A program made the translations under genes and the position numbers. A DNA stretch of 56,472 nt, counting the filler, from Sluysia triapertura (taxonomy: Eukaryota): the NCBI GenBank assembly GCA_046118255.1. It is 4 parts of 4 records of this genome, joined end to end, with 100 filler letters (N's around TTAATTAATTAA, not from the genome) between each part and the next. Parts side by side here need not be neighbours in the genome. Positions count along the whole stretch, not along the records: positions 16,209 to 32,730 come from JBJNIA010202041.1; positions 32,831 to 44,122 come from JBJNIA010186281.1; 2 more parts are not named here. The stretch is one strand, 5' to 3'. Positions 27,882 through 38,491 of this stretch are shown here, piece by piece (position 1 is the first letter of the stretch; each line of letters begins with the position of its first letter). Under the pieces are notes generated by a model. It was given only the letters and a program-made list of their open reading frames with translations. It searched no databases and was not told where the DNA came from.

Positions 27882-28926
27882 ATGAATAAAGAAATCGATG
27901 ACTTAGATATGAAATCCAATTTCATACAACGACCATTGATCCCAAGTCTCGAAACAATAAAAATTTCTGACGATGAAGATTGGCATCGACGAACTCCTTA
28001 CAGTTCTCAACGAGGATCTGACGATCAATCATTGGAATCATAAAGTTGACGATATAAAGTCAGAAGACTATTTTTTGAGCAGCTTATCGGCTCCAAAAGA
28101 AGACCTGTTAAAAGTAGACTTATTATACTTTACAGACAACCATGTGATACAAAGAATAAATGAAAGCTATTTGAAGCAACCACCAGATTTGATCTATGTT
28201 AGAGAAGACATTGGTGTTTTCGAACATAATGAATTTAAATTTTGTAATTTTTATGGCTCTCATTTAAGAAAACTTTATCCATTTGAAATGCCACTTCAAA
28301 AAAAGAAAGGTTTGTGGCTTCTTATTAGATTATTAGTTTTAGGAGTCGATCGAGAATGTTATCAAACCGCTGTTGAACCGGTAGATCAATACTTACATAA
28401 AGTGAGTACACCGTACACAGGAACCTGTAGCAAGATCATTGTCTAGTGTTTGTTTATCGCTGTTAAATTAACTCGTAAAGAATTATGTAATGTTAAAAGA
28501 GATGTAATGAAGGCACTCGACTGTGTTATGTCTCTACCAACACCTGATCAATATGTACGCTATTTTATATCATTAAATAAACCGAATAATTTTAAACAAA
28601 TTTACAAAATGTTAATGTTTTTAAAGTATACCGCCATGTCTTATGATGGTTTGGCTGATTGTCCTTATTCATTTGTTGCTGCTGCTACGTGTTGTTTGGC
28701 CAATCACATTACTGGGTCTTTTGGAGTCGGTTGTATAAACGGAGACAGCAGACACCACCGTGTCACGAACTTACATGTGAAGTTGTATGGTTCATGTAAG
28801 ACCTTTTTGTGCAAGGAGAGTCTATGTTGTGAAATAAAACTACTGTGGATGTATACAAATTCTATTCAAATAAAATTATACTTTGTTACTTTTATCGCCC
28901 ACAACAATTTAATAGAAACAATTTGA
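27882..28926 (+). pseudogene. Intronless cyclin B/A-like pseudogene
   Basis: WL...ECYQTAVEPVDQYL...CLFIAVKL...ELCNVKRDVMKALDCVMSLPTPDQYVR...PYSFVAAATCCLA aligns to the cyclin box (WL..V..ETLYLAV..IDRFL, LFIASK, ME..IL..L.F.L..PTP..FLR, PS.IAAAALCLA). Lesions: frameshift near 28040, in-frame TAG at 28444-28446, and an apparent deletion after FIAVK. Confidence 0.78.
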
Positions 28927-29049
28927 AGTGCCTTAAGCACAGATTTTCTAATAATAATAATGTAAAACTTTGTAAAGCATATAAATTCTCCAAGCTAAAA
29001 AAGAGATATTTCTAATGTATATAAAAATATAATTACAATAAAATTAAGT

Positions 29050-29170
29050 CAACCCACAATATAGATAAATTAAAAACTGGTCTACGACCACAGCTAAGGA
29101 CATATGCTACCTTAATAGAATGAAAGCTCTTTAAAGAAGTAATTAAAAAATTAAGAAGTATACAGCGATC
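29050..29170 (+). mobile_element. Possible retrotransposon gag C-terminal remnant
   Basis: KLKTGLRPQLRTYATLIE*KLFKEVIKK resembles gag FxxGLRPxIRxxxxxxxxxxxxEAI. Short and weak. Confidence 0.3.
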
Positions 29171-30084
29171 CTATATTTATAATAAGGATAATACAATATC
29201 AATAATTAATAAAGCTAATTTAAACAGGTAACTATTATCCCTTATATTTATATTCGATGTTGAACTTAACAATCCATGCTTAATTACGTACTTTCAAAAG
29301 TATTTTATTATTACTTAGTTTTTTTATATATGATATACGTTTTACATAATAAAGGTAGAGTCTTAATGAATTCATTATTAAAATAGGTTTATTGCATAAT
29401 ATTAAATCATAATTTAAACATCTAAAGTTTAATTAACAACAATATGACAATTTGTTTTAAATACATATTGTCAAGGTCAAGTTCAGTAAAGTGAGCTGAG
29501 TTAGAATATCACTTTGTACCACAACCAATCGGTAGTACGTTGAAATAAAGTTTGTGATAGTCGAGATCCAACATAACGGTTGAGAATACATGATTTCAAA
29601 TTATTACTGAAGTAAATCGATTTACATCTACCTAGATTCAAACATCTGAATGAAAATAAACTCTAATTAATAAAAATTAATGAAGTACTAAAAATATCAA
29701 TTCGTATTCGTATTATAAATTATTACAGTTGTTAACAGGAATGCTTTGAAACATTCAATGATACTTTCTAACAAATAGGAAATATCAATTTTTATAATTT
29801 TATTGATTAATTTTAATTCAAATATGACCTTTATAAAATGCTTGTTATGTTTATTAAATAAAATTATTTTTATACATTTTAACATATTATTCATTTATTA
29901 ATTTACTACCTGTTAAAGAAAATTATTCATTAATATATTAAATTTAATAGAATAAAATAAAATAACATAAATATATAGAATAAAAATAATAATAATAATA
30001 ATAATAATTATTATTATTATTATTATTACTATTAGTGTAATTCTATACTTAGTGAAAATTTAGAATAGTAATGAATGATTGACT

Positions 30085-30959
30085 AGTATTATATTATTAT
30101 TATTTTAACTATTAGAAAATTATATGTATATAATATTCGCTGGATAGAGAAATTATCACATATTATTATTACTATCGTTGTTATTAAATTACTGTATATT
30201 TCTATCGTTATTACTTAAATTACTACTATCGTTGGAAATTTATCACATATTATTATTGTATATAATTATCGTCGTTATTTAAATTACTGTATATTATTTC
30301 TACTGTTATTATTTAAATTACTACTATCATTGAATGAATTTAAATATGGAATGTTAGTATAAAAGGAGGTGCAATAAACTCCACAACACAAAAAGAGAGA
30401 ACGCAACAGAGAAAAAGGAATTGATAAGGAACTGATACTTATAATCGAACTTGATTTTTTATCATGTAACAAAGTATTCATTGGAGACCCAGCTATTCAT
30501 CAGTATCGAATTTAACATTGTTTATTGCTATTGATTGTATATAAGTGAGTAATTATATTTTTGTCTTGGATAAACTTTTTTATAATAAAATTTCTAATTT
30601 TTATACGTTAAATATATTGTAATACAGTAATAAATAGTTTAGTTATTTTTTTTGTTTTTTGTTATTTCGAGTAAATTAAGGATAGAATTGCCATAAATTA
30701 GTTTCTTTTGATAAACCAACTATTAGTATTTCCATTCCCAAACATCGGAACGAGTATAAGAGCTTCGATCTCTTGATAGCAATAATACATTTAATATTTA
30801 GTAAATATAGGTTGAGAAAAAGAATTAACAAGTATATTTATCAGATTAATTATATTGACATAAGATACATTTAATTGTCAGATAAGTTCTTTTTTGCGAG
30901 TCTAGAGATTTTTTGAAACAAATAATACATACAACAAAATAAATAAATAAATCTAATAT
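30085..30959 (+). mobile_element. Putative 5' LTR of Gypsy element
   Basis: Directly precedes the PBS. Contains an approximately 90-bp tandem duplication (about 30150-30335) and a TATAAAAGG box at about 30358. The 5' boundary is uncertain. Confidence 0.5.
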
Positions 30960-30977
30960 TGGTGCCCAGAGTGAGGA
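30960..30977 (+). promoter_or_regulatory. Primer binding site, complementary to a tRNA 3' end (elongator tRNA-Met-like)
   Basis: TGGTGCCCAGAGTGAGGA is the reverse complement of TCCTCACTCTGGGCACCA, which resembles metazoan elongator tRNA-Met ends (CCTCAC.CGGGGCACCA). It lies about 300 nt upstream of gag. Confidence 0.7.
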
Positions 30978-31269
30978 TACTCGACGCACTAGTATAATTT
31001 ATAAAATATAAAGTTGTAATATTACATTAAAAGTTTTTACGTGAAGTTTTATATTTTTGAATTTGTATTTTTTATCTTTGATATTCAGAAAGTGAATCTT
31101 AGAATATTCAGATTCAGATCTTAGAAGTGTTAATTATAATTCAGATTCAGATAAAGGAAATAAGTTTATATTCGAGAGTAAAAGACAGAATAAAGTAAAA
31201 AATAAAGATAATAAGAGACCAGTAATAAGTAAAAAGAATAAACCCATAGAAACTGCATATAAGAAGAAA

Positions 31270-32600
31270 ATGGCTGATAATATTATTACACGAAAACAAA
31301 TGACAGAGCTTATAACCGCAATGAACAGACCTCTATTAAATCAAAGTTTAAAGATTAAAAATTTTCGGGAAACGAAAACAAATTATTAGATTTTTTAGCT
31401 GAATATTCTTATCAGATGCAGCAAAACAAGATTGGGAAAAGTTGAAGGTTACTTTTATAAAAGATATAGTAGTATATGATATAAAGAATTTAAGTAAGTG
31501 ACTTTTTCGAGAAAGAGTGCAGCAACGAGATGAAACTGTGGCAGAATATGCGTACCACCTAAGAATTCTAGCAGAACGAGCGTATCCATCCAAGACAAAT
31601 GATGCGGAAGAACGACGAAAATTTGATAAAAAACTTACACAAAAACTTATCAAAGGAATAAAAAAGAATATTGGAACATTGTTAACAGCACCTAATAGTG
31701 AAAGATATCAAGAAACATTAGAAAAGGCAAGAGAACTGGAGAAACAAATCAGTGAAAAAGAACATAATATAAACACTATAACTGAAGTAAGTAAGACTAC
31801 GAAGGTGAGTTATGAGGAAACACCAAAATCAATAATGAGGGAACAAATAAATAGATCAAAATCACCGCAAGGTAATAAGGATTTTAATAAATTTAATAAA
31901 CATTTTGAAAATAAAAATAATTATAAATTTTATGAAAGTATTAGCAATTTCAAGTAACAACAAAAAACAATTATCCAACTCAATTTCCTAGAAGAGAATC
32001 ACCGAGATATGTATCATCGAATAATTGGCCACGATCGCCAAAAAACTACAATCCAGGACACAGATAACCGAATTGTTATTCAAGAAATGAACAGTCAAAT
32101 TATCGATCAAATTATTATCCAAGGAATATACAATCAAATCCAAGATATAGACAAGCAAGTAAATCTCCAAAGAGAACTCAATTTTATAACGACAGTAATG
32201 ATAAAGCATCGATAGAGAGAAGCAAGTTAGACATACGAGGGAGAATCTATTGTAATCATTGCAAAAAATATGCACACTACGAGAGGGTATGTCCAGAACA
32301 AGCATCAAATTTTTTATTAGATAGAAAAGATCATGTTTATATGATAAAGGACAACGAAAACGAGTTAATCGCAGATTACGCTATGATGGATGATGAAGCA
32401 TGGTATGCATTATATCAGAAAAGGAGGAAAGATGAGAAGGATGAAGTAGAGAAGGAAAAAGGAAATCAAATGGATAATGGATTCATAGGAGCATAAACAC
32501 ACGATGGCTAAGACAATGATGATATAGATGATGATCTACTTGATAAACCTAAGGCAAACGATGCTCAGGAAGCAACAAGAGAAATAATTAATAAAATAAA
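31270..32600 (+). mobile_element. gag: Ty3/Gypsy gag (disrupted) with CCHC zinc knuckle
   Basis: ATG at 31270. Capsid motif RVQQRDETVAEYAYHLRILAERAYP...LIKGI...ETLEKARELE (ORF 31517..31957). Perfect CX2CX4HX4C knuckle CNHCKKYAHYERVC at 32251-32292. Several frameshifts; the contig ends at 32730. Confidence 0.88.
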
Positions 32601-32730
32601 ACTTGGAACTTGGAGCAAGAGTATGGAGTGTTGAAATGTTGTTATTGGTGAATTAAATTGATTTAATGTTATAAAAGGCTTTGAGGGCTTGAATTTATAT
32701 AGAAAACAACAATATTGATGAAGTTTAAGC

Positions 32731-32830
32731 NNNNNNNNNNNNNNNNNNNNNNNNNNNNNNNNNNNNNNNNNNNNTTAATTAATTAANNNNNNNNNNNNNN
32801 NNNNNNNNNNNNNNNNNNNNNNNNNNNNNN
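32731..32830. other. Artificial contig spacer (44N-TTAATTAATTAA-44N)
   Basis: Linker at 32775-32786. Confidence 0.97.
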
Positions 32831-32835
32831 TTTAA

Positions 32836-32837
<2 letters not shown>

Positions 32838-32907
<70 letters not shown>
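32838..32907. repeat. (TTA)n microsatellite at contig start
   Basis: About 23 perfect units. Confidence 0.95.
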
Positions 32908-33469
32908 CTTAGTATTAGTATTATTAGAATTAACATTGTCATTATCATTTTAATCATTGTTCTTGCATCATTTAGACTGTCACCAATCGACATCTTAATT
33001 AAAAACATTTTTGCATTACTTTATCAACACTGTCAATTGATGACAGTTACTAACCCAATTAATACAGAGTTCTACACTTTCTACATCGTCATCATTTCGT
33101 TCGATCATTTTAGTGTGATTGGACGTCCAATCGTTTCTACTGTTCTACATTTTATTTCACAATAGATTAGACGTCCAATCAGAAGCCACTTAAAATCAAC
33201 AAATTCGTATCCAATTGCTAACACACAATAAAAAGTTTTATCACACAAAAAAGTAATTACAAAAATTTGAGTACACTTTTTTAAATCATAAATCAAGCCA
33301 GAATAATTATGATAAGACCAAGTTCTTTAGAAATAACCAAAAATTCCGATTTTTGTTAAGTATACTAAAATGTTTTATCAATAATCAACTAAAGTCATCA
33401 TCATCATTAAGCAATGTCAAATTAGATTATTTTATAGAACTCGATAATTATAATTCATCTTAAATAATA

Positions 33470-34600
33470 GAAATGAATTCTGGTCAAATGTATATAAAAG
33501 TTTGCTACCATAAATTCAACTTAGAATATCAATCGAAATTATTGATTATGTTATGAAGTTATTTGAGAAAGACTCGTCAAGCTCAAAAAGATTTTATTTT
33601 AAATGCAGATCGTGGTATTTATATAAAACAGATTGAATTTATTTTCTTTATGATCAATAATAATATCAAAATGTTTCTGACGAAATCATAAACATAATTC
33701 TAAGTGTTGTGTCTTCGCTCACAGAGAAATCTTTAGAACATCATGAAGTTAATTTAAAATTCAGATTACTACAATCAATGCCGTTCGTATTGCACACAAA
33801 TCCTTTATTTATAACAAATAATATTTCATATGTTAGACAATTACGTAGATCATTAAGCATCCAAAATCAAATAAAATTGATGTTCAAAACGTTTTCGTCA
33901 GAAACGGTAATCTCATTAATCCATACTACGAAATGATAGACAACGATACAAGTATCTCATCATCTCAGTTATCAAGTAATGCAAGCAAATTCGAACTTCC
34001 CACAGAAGTCGTTGGCCAACGATTTAAATTCAAAAAAATAAATATTATATATATAAAGAAATCCAAACCTTACAACCGCAACCCTACGTTTTGATTAAAG
34101 AAAACCGAAAGAATAAATCTGATGCAAGTATCAATCCTCGTAATCAAAGAAGATACGTCACTAAACCGACATCTATTAATTCAAATCCGACTTACTGTTC
34201 AGCACAGTGTCTCTCCCAGACTAATGAATTAGGTGTATGTTGAAATTTGGTCAAAGCTGCAGATACTACCATGACACTAAAGAAATCCACCATGATAAAA
34301 TTGGAAAGTCCATTTATACTCAACACATGAATCGCTTAGATCTCCTCCTCGAAACATTGAAGTTTAAACAATCTAGCGTGAACCTTGCAAACGTCAAGAA
34401 TCAAATAAAATATGATATTTCACCGAATAATCTTAAGAACAATTTAATATTCAAAGTAAATTTTAAATTTTATTATATAAATGTAACTTATTTTGATCAA
34501 TTTTATTTAAGGAATCTTCGGATCATTGACCTGATGGCGTGTTCAAGTTGCAATCAATGCCCTAAGGATGTAGAATATTTAATGACATTAAATAAAAATA
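33470..34600 (+). pseudogene. Decayed host gene with probable CCCH zinc finger
   Basis: About 34205-34275 reads CLSQTNELGVC-(frameshift)-KFGQSCRYYHD, a C..GxCxFGxxCxYxH CCCH pattern. A GT-AG intron candidate lies at 34456-34511. Multiple stops. Confidence 0.4.
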
Positions 34601-36371
34601 TTAAATCATTATGTCTAACAAATAAATTAGTGTTTTGTCGTCATCATTATTTTTCAATTTAACTTATATTATATTTAATTTATTTGTTCAGTCGTAATAA
34701 TAAAAAAAAATTCGTAAATTTTAATAAGAATTGTAATTTTAAAATCATTAACCAAATAAAAGTTCATTATATATTACCAAAACTGAAAGAACAGAATTAT
34801 GACCGGGCATGGAAAATTCACATAGTGATACTGACATCCTCCGCATGCGGAGAAGAGCAATACTTATTGACAGACAAATAAGAAAAATATCAAATACAAA
34901 TAATAAAATATAAATAACATTGAAAGAAAGATACCATCGCGCTAATAATAATGAAACTGTTGAGATAATTTGAATAATCAAGAATAATAAGAGAACAAGA
35001 ATAGCAATAGAGGAATTGAAATATTGTCTGGTGTTAGTAAAATTACTGTTGAGAGAATTTTATAAATGGATTCAGAATGTGGAAGAATAGATTATTATGA
35101 TCACTTAAAATCGATTTCTGATTTGAGTTTTATTATTATCTTAAATATTGTGTGTGTACATTTTCAAAATTGAGTGATATTTTCTGAAAAAAGTTTTCGA
35201 AATAAATCTCACAGAAATGAGATTAGAACTTTATTTAAATCAATTCCTAATCGAATATTATATTAGATTAAATTATTTATATAAAAAGTTTTGTAAAAGA
35301 AATTAATAAATTAAACATAAAATTTTGTAAGTATTGAAATATTATTAAATATTAAACTATTAAATTTTAAATTAGTTTAAATATTAAATTAAATCGAAAA
35401 AGTGTTGAATTAAAAAGAAAAATTGTTTAAATGAATTAATTTTTAATATGGCTACCAGATTAGAATTCTGCTATAAAAGTGGAAACCATAAATGAAATTT
35501 AATCTAATCTGGAAATGCTACAAAAATTGCATTAAAAGTAATATGAACATAACATTTAATATTCGACTTAAAACAATCGGCTAGCTCAATTTATTTTAAA
35601 AATCTTAATTACAAATATTAATAATAATATTAAATATTATTAAACTTTTATCTTTATCATTGTTTTTTATTCCGACATTATTTATTTAAGAAATTATAAT
35701 TTTCGATTTGATTAGAGAATAAACTTTTAATTGTAAAGCTCCTTGTTTTATTAAAATCTTGTAATTATACGCTAGGCCTTAACGGCTAGCATAAGTCGTG
35801 AAAGTTAAATAATATAAAATTTGATTAAATTGAATGCTAGACCATAAAAGCTAGCTTAACCTCACTATTTATAATAGATCATAAAGGCTAATTTAAGTAT
35901 TTAATCATTCTTAATCAGAAGGTAAAGAGTAATTTATTTACTATTCTTTACTATTTAAGTTAAATCCTAACAGAACGTCTTTTGCAAGCAAATCGTTTCG
36001 TGTTAGACGAACTGACTTACAGGTATTTTGCACGTGCAAGTTATACTCTTACAAAATTAAATTGTAAGGTTTATGAAAATATAAATTGAAAATTAGTTTA
36101 ATAATTAATTATAAAGAATTACAAATTATTTTTTTAGAAAATACTAATGGAAAAAACAACTGTAAAATTTTAAATATTAATATATAAACATTAGAATAAA
36201 CATTAATTCTACCTGCGACAGATGTTTTGTAGAAGATTATAAAAAGTAAACGTTATTCACCCTTATCAAGCGCAACATTCGATCAAGTGAATCGATCGCA
36301 TTTTCAGATAAATATTTATTATCATTATTAAATTATTAAAATAGTACATAGTAATGAGAAAGCACAATACG

Positions 36372-36458
36372 AATCAATATAATAATAATATAACTTATCA
36401 AGATGCAAATACAAAATCAATCAATATAACAATAATATATAACTTATCAAGATGTAAA
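36372..36458. repeat. Two-copy tandem repeat (about 47 bp)
   Basis: AATCAATATAA.AATAATAT..AACTTATCAAGATG.AAA occurs twice. Confidence 0.8.
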
Positions 36459-37097
36459 CACTATGCACAATTACTAATTCCGAAAAATATTAAAAACTAA
36501 ATATTGTCAGTAAGTAAAAAATAAAATAACTACTAAAATATACAGAAATTCATATTAAAATCAATACAAGATGCACAAAGACAAAGCATCTGTAAAATGT
36601 CAAGTTTATTATAATGGACTGGTTGCTATACAAATAAATGGTAGATTTATTTTTATTAACAAGTACATTTGACTGTTGAAGTCACTGTTTCTATAGGAAT
36701 ATTTTCATTTTCAATTTTTAGCAATGTCTACAAATCTCATTCGTAGAATCAAATTTCCAAGTCATAGATACATCCAATGGCGGAAAATTGGGCAGGTCAC
36801 GGGAACGCAAAATTGCTTCTAGGAAAAAAGAAATACAGATCAGAATAATATTCAAAAAGTCTTCTGACTTCTTCTTTTAGACATATTTCTAAAAAAGAAA
36901 ATATTGTACGTCGTTTATGTCGTATTTCATTTATGTTAGTTTCGAAAATATAAATTTCAAAATATAAATATAGAAAAGGAAATAAATGTAAATTGAACGC
37001 CAGGCCTGGTCGCGCATGTATGATTGTAGGAATTGGAAAAGACAAAAGATAAATAAAATAAAATAAGCGCCAATATATAGCGCTTTTTGACCATTGG

Positions 37098-37164
37098 TAG
37101 TGGCGGTGGTGTGGTGTGTGGGGACGCCAGGTCGAGGTCTTTCCTCTCCCGGAACACACCACTG
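37098..37164. mobile_element. GC-rich hAT-like MITE remnant
   Basis: Inverted termini TAGTGGCGG...CACCACTG. Related ends occur at about 36776 (CAATGGCGGAAAATTGGGCA) and about 50838 (CAGTAGCGGAACAAATGGGCA). Confidence 0.4.
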
Positions 37165-37699
37165 AATATATACAAATTACTTTAGTGTGCCATTATTAAT
37201 TTTGATTATTAAATTCATTAAGTTATTAAGTTTTAAATAAATTTACTGAATTGATAAGTATGTCCGTGCTAAACAAACTGGGAGAGCTGTTTAATATAGA
37301 GGATAGTATCATAAAGCTTCTGTAAATAAACTCGGTATCTCTATTGTCAATGTCGTTAAGACAGAGAAATTACTTTTTGAAAAGATATAAAAAAACTTTC
37401 TTTAATTTCCATACACGCTTATAAAAACGCATTGCACTTAATGATAATAATGTTAATAAAGAATAAAATTTTTGATACCCTTCTTATTATTACCTTATGT
37501 CTTCGTCATTTCAATTCTATTTAATTACAGCTGTCTATCCTATTCTAGAAAATATCGGGTCGTTCGAAATTGTGTATTACTTTATTTGTTTGAATATAAT
37601 CTAAAAGAATTGTGAAATTATCATAGTTCTGACATTCAAATTCTTTAGCTATTCCTGAAAAAAAAGGAGGGTCTCCATCAGAATTGGATTAAACAGCAA

Positions 37700-38110
37700 A
37701 ATGTATTATTTTGACAGACATTTATAATGCTGAATTAACGACAAAAATATCAAGACAAAGAAGCTCTTCTCGATTCAGGATGTTACAGAGTAAATACCAG
37801 CAAAATTATGAGAACTATTAAGAAAGAAGTAGTTATCAAATTAGAAGAGAAATCATTAAGAAATGAACAGATTAGATGTGATTGAAATGGAGCATCTTTT
37901 ACCGATAAAAAGGTATGTTCAAATTAAATGAATCAAAAGGGTGGGTTTTCTGTAAAAAGTGCATCGCGGAAAGAAACTGATAATGTGGTTAATGACATCG
38001 AGTTGCCAATCAAATAATTAAATTTGAATATCATCAAACATATACAACCAAAATGATTGGACCTCAAAAAATAAATGAATCCAATTGTAGCCCGTCCATG
38101 TCCAGTTCAA
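37700..38110 (+). mobile_element. Gypsy aspartic protease / pre-RT remnant
   Basis: EALLDSGC at 37760-37783 (retropepsin active site), followed by VKSAS...VVNDIELPI and NPIVARPCPV (the PIxxRPY motif that precedes RT). Stops are present. Confidence 0.6.
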
Positions 38111-38213
38111 AATCTATACTCGTGATTTATTAATCGACGAATCAATCAACAAATAAAGTCGATTTTTAATAAACCTTTTCGAAAATAAAAGTAAGAAAAC
38201 TTGTAAATTGTAT

Positions 38214-38491
38214 TTACGTATTCAAATACCTGGAATTTAGTAAATGTGATTTTCTGATTTCATCGAGATCTTCAAAGATTGCTTCTTCGGTTGCTGAACT
38301 TGTGTATTCTTCCTCATCGACACTTTCATAGTCGTCGTCGTCGTCATCATCATCGTTATCATCACCATCAGCATCATCATCTTCTTCAGTATATGTTTCC
38401 TCATCGTCATCGAAATCTTGACAAGGCGAATCATCCGATTCTTCTGTTTTTTTCAATCGTATTACTAATCGAGGTTTAGTAATTCTTTCTT
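38214..38491 (-). pseudogene. Asp/Glu-rich exon of an unidentified, probably decayed gene
   Basis: TTTAG acceptor at 38492, then the open frame ERITKPRLVIRLKKTEESDD...DDDDDDDDYESVDEEE. The 37-nt upstream intron candidate begins AT instead of GT. The upstream frame (to about 39320) is coding-like but contains stops. Confidence 0.45.

Noticed and set aside
38237-38479. Overlapping Met-rich and His-rich ORFs (also 54670-54876)
   Set aside because: These are alternative-frame or antisense readings of GAT/GAC codon runs in acidic exons.
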